Positions 49,250 through 61,422 of a stretch of 64,000 bases of DNA are shown here, one piece after another; position 1 is the stretch's first letter, and the number at the start of each line of letters is the position of its first letter. The stretch is from Bispira polyomma (lineage: Eukaryota): NCBI GenBank assembly GCA_965649765.1, contig OZ287750.1:100006001-100070000 (forward strand), written 5' to 3'. A program made the translations under genes and the position numbers. The notes under the pieces were generated by a model. It saw only the letters and a list, made by a program, of their open reading frames with translations, had not been told where the DNA came from and searched no databases.

Positions 49250-52200
49250 TTTCAAATTGTCTAAGCCTAATAACCTTTCATCAGAATCAACCACATCACC
49301 AAGAGTATTGATGCCTCTTTTTGCCCAATTGGGGAAGAAAACCTTGGTGTTAGAGATGTGTTTCTTAAACCCAATTATACTACTCCAAATGTCACTGTTA
49401 GACTTAACCATTTGTATTCTGCACAGGTTTTTCCGATTTTCGAAACGGTTTTTCAGATGGTTTAATTTGTCTAAAAAATGTAAGACACCAGTTATATTTC
49501 AATTAATCTTTTTCTTCATCTTTTAACTTTTTTTTTCAAATATGATACTTAATTGGTTCCCCTCTAATTCTTAAAAAAGAGTTCTTAAAACATGTCACTA
49601 TAAACTAACAATTGGATATCATTGCTGTTTTGTAAATAACCTAATTATATAAATAGGTAAAGCTTATTTAATTTTTTCTTCATTAATAACTTTATTCATT
49701 AAATATAGGTAATCTTTATTTTGCAATCATATGTTCCACACACCTTTTCCACACTTAAAGTTGTTCAAACTTATGTGCATCTCAATCAAGATTGGTCAGA
49801 TCGATAGCTACCAGTAATACTAAATTTTTTAATAATATCCATCATAGTACTGGTTACCAAGAAGTAATCTTGCCTTGCTTGCTTGAAAGGATTTTTGTCT
49901 CTCCAAAAAAGAACCAGTCTGTTTATAATTGTTCTAGATTTTGGGTTATTAATATGTACATATTATAGTAGTCTTTAATTTTTTCAAAACATTTAGGATT
50001 GTCTTGATTTGGTGCATATAGCCAATTTAAATTGTGCCACATTAGATTAGTAATTGTAACCAATTGCCATCTGTATTTTTATTCACTTTAATAACTTTGT
50101 ATTCAAAGTTATTATTTAACACCACAAGAATTGGTTCTAAGACCATGTATGTAACAATCTGGTCACTAAATGTGTGTCATTTTAAGTAAGATGTGTATCT
50201 TATAGAAATACTATGTTTGCACCTGTGTCCTTCAAAAATTTAGGTACATCTATTCTTTTCTCACAAGTAGGAAGACCTTGACAGTTTGCAGACAACACGT
50301 TAATTCCATTGGCTATATCGGTCATTTTGTATTACTGAAATGTTTTTGCAGACAATGACATATTAAAAGGTGTTATGTTTCTAAAAAGAGCCATCAAGTA
50401 CATCAAAAGGAATACTTCTGAAATAAATCATGTTACACATCTCAAATAGCTGATGAAAAAAGGATTTTTTTTCAACTCTAAAAACAAATCTTTTTATACA
50501 GTTCAAATAATACATTTAAACACATTGTACAAACAACTTATATACATTCATAATTTATGGTAAAAAAAAACATTACGTAAATAGGAAAGGAAACAAAACA
50601 TTTAAGAGAATTGCAAAATTATCATTTTAAACTCGGTTGTAGCATTTAATAAGAAAAAAGTAAGATTTGATTGAAAAGGTTTGTAAACACAATGAACATT
50701 TCATACATTACACACAAATGTAGTTTTCAAATAAAATTTTAAAAATGTAATCTTTTAAATTTTCAGTTTGGTAGCATGTATAGCCTTTGTATACTGTAAC
50801 ACTATGACACTGTCAACAAACAAAGTAAATAAGAAGACACAATAACAGTTGTTTTACTATATATTCAATGATAATAGTACTTATAGGAGGAACTGGTAAA
50901 ACAAAAACGGATGTAATATAGGTTGTGTTATTGGTAAGACAACACATGAGATCTACACAATATATGTCACAACTGTAAATATATTTGATCTAATAATGAA
51001 TCTGTGAGGTAAATCATATTTAAAATTAGCATTATTTTTTTCCCTATTTGATTAAGCTGAATGAATACAGTTATTATCCACCTTTTTGTTTTATAATAAG
51101 GTACAATTGTTTTTAATAAGGTACAATTTTTTTTAAAATCTAACAGACGTTTCTAAAATTATGAGTGGTTTTCAAAGTGAGATGGAACTCTGTTATAACA
51201 AGCCCCCGTTTGGATTGATACTTGAATATTTATAAAATTAAAAAGGTATTTTTAGGCAAAGAAATTTGACAATATTTAACAACATCTTATAAAGCCAACA
51301 GTTTGCTAGTAGTGACTTTTCATAATGAATTGAAATTATGCATAAAAATATTTATTCAACCTAATTATACATAATCACTTGCTACTTAATAGCATACAAT
51401 AGCTTTTTCTTTTGCGAACAGACCAATACAAATTATATAGATATTAAGATATAATTTTAAAAGATCCATACAGACAATGAGTATGATAAATACAACTATA
51501 TATGACTACTTGCTCTTCAAAAAATTACAACACAAAACTATTATTTATAGTATTGGTTAGACATGATCAACACTGTCTGTTCAAAATACTTCCAGGTACC
51601 ATATGAAAACATAATTGGAGATGTATATTAATTATAATCCAGTTGTCTTTTTTAAATATTAAAGTCTAAACTTGTACAGGTAAACCATAACTAAAGCAAG
51701 TACTGACCAGACTAGCAACACACTAAATGATGACAGAAATTTGAACACTAATAAACTATAAAGACAAGAATATCATGCCATAGTAGCAAATATATATCAA
51801 TGTTGTTTATATATAAATTTTTAAGTACAGTTTAAATGTCAAATAGTCTAAACATTAAGGTGTTGTCAACATAAAAAGGTTAATTTTGCACTGTGGCAAT
51901 AAATTTTCATTAAATTATGTTCAGACTACTTAAAGTCTATTTTGCACATCACTTGCTTATTTATTGTTTATTGTATCAGTGACCGCCCCAGTCTCACAGT
52001 ACCCCCACTCGACTTACACAAATTGTGCCACATTGAAAATACTCCCTCCAGTTTTGAGATTACATCTATTGCCGTAGTTATAATTAGGTCTAACCTTTTC
52101 TTACGGATATTTGGTCCCTTATGACACCTAGATACTGCCAGAAAAATGTTGAGGAGGGGTTTATCTTGGAGCAAATTTCGTAATATCTGGCTTGACCCAA

Positions 52201-52425
52201 CTTTCCCATCATGACTATAGCCAGTGGTAACTGTGGTCCCTTGATCTGAGCATCCGTCTTCATCCAGGGAATAGACGTAGCTAATGTGATGTGCATTTGA
52301 TAATCTGGGTTCTGCAGTAGTGCTGCGTGAGCAGCTTGTGCCTCAGAGATAGAATTTATTCTATGTACATGACCTTAAAATCAATATCCTTTCCACATCG
52401 TAGGACCAGGTCCGGAGAAATTATG
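49250..52425 (-). mobile_element. Second, older L1/Tx1-like LINE (IMPACT-domain ORF1 end, spacer, internally deleted ORF2)
   Basis: ORF2 starts at 50325: MTDIANGINVLSANCQGL..KRIDV..FL*DTH; C-terminal WAKRGINTLGDVV; RT core missing. Confidence 0.8.
51968..52425 (-). pseudogene. IMPACT/UPF0029 domain remnant (LINE ORF1 end)
   Basis: KGY*F*GHVHRINSISEA; NAHHISYVY; GYSHDGK; NIFLAVSRCHKGPNIRKKRLDLI. Confidence 0.78.
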
Positions 52426-52559
52426 TTACATTATTATCTTGTTTCATACATATGATATTACTTTTATTCAGGAACATTAGTTACAGTCTGATCAATTTAT
52501 ATTATTCAATTAAACCAACTGTAACATTACCTACTATTGTCTCTTTGAACAAACTTCAT

Positions 52560-53990
52560 TATGGTAGACCCAATGGTGGGTGCGGTATTCTGTGGAAAAA
52601 AACACTGATAGCTTTTATCTCTCCTATTATGACTCAATCTAACAGACTATGCACTGTGAAATTGTTAGTTGGTAATGTATATTTTTATTTAGTTAATTTT
52701 TGTATGCCAACCACTATTGTGTCAATTGTTAATATAGAAGTGCTTTAAATTAAATAAAATCGTTGATTAACGGTAACCACTGCAAAAATGTTATTATTGC
52801 TGTTGACTTCAACACTGATTTTTGTTAACAAGGAGCAAATGTTAATTCACTGAAGTCTTTTATAGAAAATAAACATTTAAAAAGTGCAATGTTGAATAGT
52901 GTAAGTGATGTAAAGTTTACCTTTGAAAGTAAATCTAATTTATGTCAGTCCACTATTGATCACATTTTAATTGATGATAAACTCTTTAATAGTATAAGTG
53001 TGTGTGATTCTATCCACAGTGGATATAACTTGTGTCAGCAAGGACTTTGATAGGGTTGAGTATGTTAAACTGTTTTCACTCTTATTTGACAGAGGTTTGA
53101 ATTTGAATTTGGATATTTAGCGTCCACTCTAGTACCTTTCATTGGGTTATATTAGGACGGATAGTTGGAACTGCATAGTTGGTCAAGGTTATGCACTGAA
53201 ACCAGCGGCCTACAGAAAGGAACTACCACCTTTCCCACATAGACATCGACAGGAAGCAAATTCACGACCATTCGATCTCCAGAGGTAAGAGACCATTGAT
53301 TGTGAAGCGCAATGCTTGGTAACCACTAGGCCACCGCTGCCCCCTAATTGACAGAGGTGTGTGTCTGCTTACTTGTAGGTTGTTGGCTTATATGTATACA
53401 AATCAAACTTCGCGTGTTAAATGGGGTTTAAGTATTTGGGTATGCTGATGATGCCGTTTTACTAGCCTCTACTGTTAATTCTCTGAAAAAAAGACTACTT
53501 AATATTTGTAACGAAGTTGGTGCTAAATATAATGTATTATTCAATCCTTGTAAATACCAACTAACCATAGGGAGTGTTGTACATAATAAAATTATGAAAT
53601 ATAACTCTAGTGCCAATCACTTGGGTCATATTATAGATGTAAATAAGAATAATAAGTCGGCAGAAGAGGATATTTATAATCTAATTTTATCTTTTAATGG
53701 TGTTTTGTCTAATTTTGCATATGAACTTGTCGATGTAAAATTCAAACTATTTGAGACAGTTTGTATTTCCTTTTACGGTTGCTAAATATGAGATTATAGC
53801 CCTAATTCTATAGCTAGATTAGTAGTCAACTGGTATAAATGTGTGAGAAAGTTATTTAATATATCCAAAATGACACAAAGTAATTATCTTTTAATCTGTG
53901 ATGATATACCAGTGGAGCTACAGCTTTTCAAGTGATGTAATAAATTTATTAATCATTCACAGCAGAGTGACAATAAGTATGTTCTCTCAA
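52560..53990 (+). mobile_element. Highly degenerate APE-RT LINE fragment
   Basis: GRPNGGCGILWKK; DFN; STIDH; FDRVEYVKLF; GYADD. Confidence 0.75.
53097..53344 (-). mobile_element. tRNA-derived SINE family A, copy 2
   Basis: Reverse complement of the family A sequence; TSD TTGACAGAGGT. Confidence 0.9.
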
Positions 53991-55169
53991 GAAGCGACTA
54001 AATATTTATCAGACTACTTCGGTACAAATTAGTCTGTAATGTACATGTATATATTTTGTCAGTTAAATAGTTCAATTTTTAGTGTACCTTTTTTATGTTG
54101 TTTTCAATATTCTTTTGATTTTTACTTCTATAGTTTGTATACCTAGAGTATGAATAGTGACATAAATAAATATAGATATATTATCACACTTGTTAACAGT
54201 AAGTTATGTATTAAATCTTAAATTATCTCTTAAGCGGTGGTTCCACACTGCCGATTCGGTCCCGACCTACCAAATTTTGAGGTCCGGGGCATGTTTATAT
54301 AGTTTGGTGGACCAAAATGGGGCGTACGCGGTGACTGGGAAGAATTTACAAATGTTTGATATTTCCCAAAACTAGATCTCCGGACCCCAAAAACATATTA
54401 GTGAATATTTCCAATTGTATTATCAATACGTTCTGTCAGATAGGTCTTTTTGCACTCCAAGCCTGTCCTAACACTGGCCCGTTGGTTACATTTGGGAGTT
54501 CTTTTGGTAGGACAGAACGGGCCAGTGTTAGAGTGAAACTTATTGACATTCTGATCTGAAGTATTGCTCGCCGATCAAACTTATTGTCACCTCGTTAGAA
54601 TTTAGACATAATACTTTTTTACCTCAATCAAACTGGTCAGAGTAGGACAGAAGGTATTGGCTATAGGATCTGCCGGGGGAGCTAAACGACCAAATGGGTG
54701 AATCATACGATCGAACTTACAGCCATTAGGACTGATGCTTGTTTTTGGTATAAAAACATCCCGTCAGTGCGGCATTCGTTATATCTGGAGACTGCTGGCT
54801 GGAGATACATGTTGTGATTTTAATAGCGAGGTTTTTTATTGTTTTTAATATTATATGTTTTTGACTTCAGGGACTATTTCACAGTTAGGTTTTTTTATCA
54901 CACACAACATTTTTAATGCTTAGAGGGAAGAAAGACGATGGAAATGGAGTAGGAGAATAAGAGGATTCCAGAGTTCGAGGTATGGCTTTCTTCTGAAGAT
55001 TCAGAAGCGCAGAGGAAGAAGAGGGATGAAAGGACTAGCCCAGCACCCAGTGGGAGGGAGAAAGAACAGAGTGACAGAGAGGTCAGCAGAGCAGTCCCAG
55101 TTCAGAGGGACAGTGAAGAAGATAGGAAAGATGGTGCATGTGATCCTCACTGAGGCAGATGAGGATATT

Positions 55170-55430
55170 ATGTGAAGGAACACAAGGTTCTGTACAACAA
55201 GCGCCACGAACAGTTCAAGGACCAGTCAATGAAGGACAGGCTCTGAGATGAGCTTGCAACCACCCGTGATCTGAAGGTTTCAGATATCAAGACTTGATTT
55301 GAGTCTCAATGCATACGTTTTGGCAAGCTTGTTACAATGAAGTCAGACCAAGCACCCCCAGATTTCACTGACAAAGGAAAGGGCTCATTGAGTCGATTTT
55401 TCTTCCTTGGTTCGCACATCCTCAGACATG
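55170..55430 (+). pseudogene. MADF DNA-binding protein (Harbinger ORF2)
   Basis: VKEHKVLYNKRHEQFKD..KDRL*DELA..IKT*FESQCIRFGKL..KS. Confidence 0.8.
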
Positions 55431-56329
55431 TCAAGTCATCGGCTTTCAAGCCCAGTGTTATGTTAACCCAGTGAGCTTCAAACCCGCCACAGAGACAGAC
55501 GGAGACCTACAATCTGTCCAGGTGTTTGAGCATTGTTGGAGACAGCGCAAAACAGACCAGTCTTAGAAGTAGTCACAGAGCTTCTCCACCCAGTCAGGGC
55601 TCTGACAACAGCACCCAACTGATACAGCACCTAGGCAAGATGTGCAGCATGATGTCCAGTTTTGGGGTCGAGACACAGAAGTCTGAGAAGCCACAGTATA
55701 ACAGGTCAGCGTTTTTTTTCAGTACCTGGCTGCTGAAGTTGATGCAGGGGATTTCCAGACATTTAGAAACGAGACATTTTCCACAGCATGACAGAAATCA
55801 TCCGCGTTGTGCTTTCACCAGAACCACACCCAGTTTCACACAGTCCAAGCTACCTGCAGTTTCAACCTATGTGCCTGTAAGGGTTTTTTTTCTTCAGTGA
55901 TATTTCATGTTGGGTTCGAACCTATTATGTTTCTATGGTGAGGCCAAAAATACTACATCTATGGATGTTAAGTTCAAACCTTATTAATTGTGATTTGTGA
56001 TATGTGATTGGGTTAGGGGGTGAGGGTTAACAACAAACAGCTTTGTAAGTTTTCTTGAAATATTTGGGTGGTCCTGAAAAGGACCTTTTTTGGTTACAGC
56101 TAGTTCGACATCTCAGGCACGGGGTGGCTTCTTATCAGGCTCAGGTGTTTAGGCTAAGGTCAGGTTCAGGTCAAACTTCATACTCTATCATTCTGCTACA
56201 GGAGTGCCCCCTCATTAATAAAGCGTCCCTCACTCTTTTGTCCGTCTAGAAGGATTACTATCTCCCAGCGACACTTCAGGCTTAGGCAGATGGTTTTGTG
56301 GATGTCGGTGCTCTAGTGCTGCTTTGCTA

Positions 56330-57640
56330 CAGCAGCTTCTTAAAATGTTGTGTAATATAACACATGTTAACGTAATGTAGCCACTAAAGCATGGTTGTCA
56401 GTATAACCCGGAACCTACGAACTAATATTCCAAAAGGCATTCTCAACGACCCTTCTCCCCCTGGATATTCTGTAGTTGCACATCCTTTGGTGTTAGTGAG
56501 TGCTCTCCTGGAATAAGGTTTCATCAACCAGGGCTTCAGAGCGAATGCATCATTCCCCATTAGAAAGTAGTTGACATCACGTCTGAATCTTTTTGTTTCA
56601 GTTCCGAATGGTTTAAAATTTAGGTGTCCGAGCAGGAACCACTGCAGCCAAGGACACCTAAATAAATCTGTAGTTACCATCAACCAGGGCTAACAGCACA
56701 ATTACATATTATTATTATTATTATGCATTTTTAACGCGCTTTATTGATGCTAGGAATTTTCTAAAGCGCAACAGCAGAATCAGTGATCCAATCGTAAAGT
56801 CCATGGGCATAGCAAGGTCATAAGGGTAGAGGGGTTAACAACTGGTTAATCAGCAAGCAACCAGACTGGGTGTTAACCCACCCCACAGCATCCGGTGGGA
56901 AGGGGTGCAACTCCCTTTCACACTTCACATGGTAAAGGGTGCCTTTGTAGTTGTAATATTCACTGCCAGCCTTTGGATGTTTCTTGGTGGCTACATGTTT
57001 CCCGTCAATGGAGCCCACAGTGTGAGGGATATTCCATCTGTTTCTGTATACTTATTTAAGTTTTATCTGGTCTGAGGGGAGGTAGGGTCGGACAGATTTT
57101 TGGCTTTGTATTCTTGATTAATAGCCTTGCAGATCTCTGGGACAAAATTGGTAATCATCCATATTCCCACACTGCATAGGTATGACAAGGAACTGTAACT
57201 CTCCCCAATGGCCAGCAGGTGCTTTAGGGTGACTGCAAGTTTGAGTCCGACATTCAAGTTCTTTCTGAACCAGGTTGTGCTTCTTTTGACATAGGGTGTG
57301 ATCCTCTCCTTGATTTCCGGTAATAGATCTAGGGGCAATCTGAAGAAGTTCCTGTGTGCTGGTCAATCCCCTTTCTGTAACTCCGGCATTAAAGTGTGGT
57401 TATAGCCAAGGGTCTTTCTTTTGCTGATATTCGTGGAGGCTGGACCTTCTCCGCGGGGCCCAAGGGGCAAGTGGTGGTCTTGGGTTCAATTTCTCTTGTC
57501 TTCTGCAACCCTGAGCCTGGGCTTTGTGTATTTCCCATTGCAGTACTACCATAAGGAAGCATATTTGTAACTAAAAAAAAACAAAAAAAAAAAATTACTT
57601 AGCCTCCTCATACATTCTCGCTTGTCGATTGCTGGCATTG
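56330..57640 (-). pseudogene. Harbinger DDE transposase (HARBI1-like), interrupted by a SINE
   Basis: NFFRL, KLAVTL, GSIDGKH, YYNYKG..IVLLALVD, GNDAFALKPWLMKPY, FGILVRRFR. Confidence 0.92.
56707..56943 (-). mobile_element. SINE-like repeat family B, copy 2
   Basis: Homologous to 36030-36264; inserted between YKG and IVLLALVD of the transposase. Confidence 0.82.
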
Positions 57641-59636
57641 TACTCAATTTTCTACTCGAGAATACATGCGTTTTAGGGCTTAAAAGGGGTATATATAGGG
57701 TCAAGTAGTTTTGGCATAGCCATCCCGACCTTGAATATTGGAGGTTCGATCCTAAGAAGCGGGGTATAGATACGTCAGATCCTATCACCAATCAGTTTGA
57801 TCCTAACTGGGTCGAAGAGGTTGGGCATGTTCAGGTTCAAAGTTGTACAGACTTCAAGGTCTATCAGGATTAGTGTCCATCCATATATCCAGTTATATCC
57901 AGTCAAAACGGGACGCAATGAGTTCGATCTGGGCAGTCGCCCCACATTTTTTTAAAAAGCGGGCCCATTTTGCAATCGTACTTAATAGTAGAACCACCAC
58001 TTTTCCTTCAATACTACTCAGTGAAAGTAAGCAGCCAATTAAACTTTTTACATGAAAACATTTTAGAGTACATTTTTGTCAACATATTTGAACCGTTAAG
58101 TTATAGATAAAACAAATTTAAAGTAACTACATATGTACTGCTAAACAATATTACTTACTGAAATAAAGATTAATTCTTTTTACATAATGTTTCTTTTCTT
58201 AATTTGTGACACACTGGTTATATCTTATTATAGTAGCTCTCCTCTATAAAAGAGATTTATTTTTAAACTTAAAATAACTTACCTTAAAGCTAAATATAAT
58301 CAATTTACTGTCCTTTAATTTCAATACAACATAAAATTACACTTGACAAGATTTCAATAAATATAATATTGAAGGACATATTGACACATGTAGTAGCTGA
58401 TATTTAACAGGTTTTGCTTTAACTTTTCCATAAGATTACTTTTAGTTAAATGCCAATTAAACATGTTTTGTGTCTGAACTAGGTCAAGTTTTTTTTTATC
58501 TATTTGTACTGGTTTTCTTTGCTGGTGTTGACACATTAATCCTTATACTAATCCTAATATTAAGTTGGATGCTACCACCATAGCCTACAAAGTAGCAAGA
58601 GATACATCATGCCTCGAATGACCACCACATTGGGCGTGGGACCATGTGAAGGTCGGGGATCATATCCTGCTCGCGTCTGAGAGGCTTGAGCCCTTTTTCC
58701 TCTGCTAGGTGATAAGGTACCCTAGGCCCTATGCCCCCAATCTCACCTGGAATCCCAATGATTCTTTATACTATGCATTTAACCTTGAGGAATATACCTG
58801 GGTGAATATATAGTGATTTTTTGGGGGTGAAATAGGTCACTAGTAGTTGTACTATTACAAAGTTGTCCTTTCTATTGTTGGCTAGTCCTTCACATCAGGC
58901 AGCCCAAGCTTATTTGCTTGATATTGCTCATCCTTGCTTGACCTTCAAGATCATACTCTTGCTGTCAAAGTTTCGGGCCAATCCCATTATGTGGTATGCA
59001 CTGTTTTTTTTGGGTTTTTTTTATCTTGTAACAACTTGTATTAGTGTTATATCTTTCCTGTAGTTCTTTGCTTATACATGTTTCCTGTGGGCTTTGTTCA
59101 TCCGCCATGTGGGCTTATCTTAAAATCTCATATTTTATAATATTTTAATATAAATTTTACCTCTTTATGTATATACCCACTAACATGTATAGAATAAACG
59201 CCTTAAACTGTATCTTTAGTCTTTCCTCAATTCTCTATCATTCACCTTTCAATACATTGGGAACTGACCACCTACAATTTAGGTCCTCCGTTATTTGGTA
59301 CTATCCACATGACACGCTAACGAACCTCAAGAATATTAATGAATGGTCATCCTCATGCCTCTATGTCACTTAGTTACAAAAAATAATACAGTTGTGCAAT
59401 TAAGCTAAGATTAATTAGCATTTTGAATCCTAGACAAAGAAGGATGCCTTGTTGAGTATAATAACTGTAAATAACTATAACAGTATAGTGGTTATTATAT
59501 AACTAACTTTGCCAGAGAGTGGAAGCTCAATACCTATGTACTTGTATATATTTGTAGTTTAAAAGAATATACACAACACAAACAACACCAATACAGTGCA
59601 CTAGAAAATAGCAGCCAAGATCAAGACAAAGAAGCT

Positions 59637-60572
59637 TTGAAAGAAGATAGAAGACAACAGTCAAAAGATTCCTTTGAGGTAGAGAGCTGTACTAGCTGTA
59701 TCTGCACTAACTTTATAGTGACTATTACATTTCTAAGCTATGCAGCTGGATGTATTGGTACCCAGTTGACAAGAGCCAATGTTTTACAGATTAACTCAGT
59801 ACGCTATGTCATCATGTCAGTGTTGACCCTGAGTATAGTCTTCATCTTCAAATATCCTCTGAACATAAAATCTCATCATTTTTGGAAATTAGCAGTATGC
59901 ATACTGATGCATCAAATCTATGGCACGGCATATTACTTTACTGCTTCATTTATGCCTGTAGGGAATTTTGATGGCATTCAAAGTGCTTTTTCGACTGTGC
60001 TGGCAACAGCATATGATTTTTCCAAGGGGAAGATTAACAAGTTGACCACAATGAGTGCTGTGTTTGCTGTTTTAGGCGTCATCCTTCTGATGCAGCCATG
60101 GAATGAAAAAAAAAATATCACTCTGCACTCATCCCATGTGAGGTTCTGGGGAACATAACACAACTCTTCATCCCAAATAGTATAAATGGGAGTGATACTG
60201 GTGGTGAGCAAGCACATACATATGTCCATTTGAAGAACGTTTTTGAAATGTATCAAAACACCATTGGTTACCTGCTGATGTTTACCATTTCTACCACATC
60301 TGTTATCAGAGGGGTCCTGATCAGAGATTTAATCAAAGAGTACCCAGTCGCACCATTTTTGAATGCATCTCACTATCACTGCCAACCTGATGTGATCACA
60401 TATCATCGACACACCATTTTTTGACATTCCATCAGGAGCTTTGTGCTTTGTGATCATTTGTTACTTTATAACTTTTGCAGTGTCTGGAAATACATTGTCC
60501 TATTACTCATATGGGCATACTTATGTATCCACTTACGCAGTCATTGAAATTCTGTTTGCTGTGTTGTTGTAC
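59637..60572 (+). pseudogene. SLC35G/EamA-like (DMT superfamily) multi-pass transporter pseudogene
   Basis: Multiple hydrophobic helices, LQINSVRY, ASFMPVG, GVILLMQP; frameshifts and stops after 60150; SINE inserted at the 3' end. Confidence 0.65.
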
Positions 60573-60578
60573 GGTACA

Positions 60579-60848
60579 GGGGCCGCGGTGGCCTAGTAGT
60601 TAGCAAGCATTGCGCTTCACACTCACTGATCTCTCACCTCTGGGAGGCGTGAGTTCGAATCCCATCGATGCCTTTGTGGGAAGGTGGTAGTTCCTTACTG
60701 TGGGCTGCTGGTTTCAGTGCAGAACCTTGATCAACTGTATGCAGTGTTTCCTCCAGTGTTTCCAACTACCAGTCCCAATATAACCTAAAACAGGTACTAG
60801 AGTGGACGTTAAATATCCAAAATTAAAAAAAAAATTAAACACCCCAAT
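60579..60848 (+). mobile_element. tRNA-derived SINE family A, copy 3
   Basis: GGTGGCCTAGTAG A-box, GAGTTCGAATCCC B-box, TSD GGTACAG. Confidence 0.92.
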
Positions 60849-61422
60849 GGTACAGAGAATAACCAATGCAATTATTATTATTATTTTGCATTTTTAACAT
60901 GCTTAATTAATTCAAACAATTTGAAATATACCATGGAACATCATATTTGTAAACAAATGTTACAAAGAAGGCTTTCTATTGTGACACAATACGGATATTG
61001 GATCTTCTGCAGAATATGTCCATATTATTTTCAATTATTTATTATTTTCAATATATGTTTCCTTATTTTATCAAAAAAGGATAAAAAGAAATATGGGTTT
61101 ATTCAGAAGAGAGTAGTCCAAATGATTTTTTAAAATTATGTCGGTTTTTGCATATTAATTGAAAAACTAAGTAATGCTAAAATTTCCCTTTTTCTAGCGA
61201 TGTTTTTTCTATGCGAGTTGTGTCATAAAGCATGGGCTTTAAAATGTAACCTTTTTGTCATCATTTTACAAATTGATACTGTTATATGTATTTCATATTG
61301 TAAAGTATCTATTAAGATAACACTTAAAATGTATAAATCAGCTCATAATGGAAAAAAACAACATGTTATTTTATGTTGATCAAACAAGTTATTTGTATTG
61401 ATCAAAATGTAAATATATCACT

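Larger units (their letters stand above)
54234..58000. mobile_element. Decayed autonomous PIF/Harbinger transposon (MADF ORF on plus, transposase on minus)
   Basis: TIR GYGGTGGTTC at both ends; two convergent pseudo-ORFs. Confidence 0.88.
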
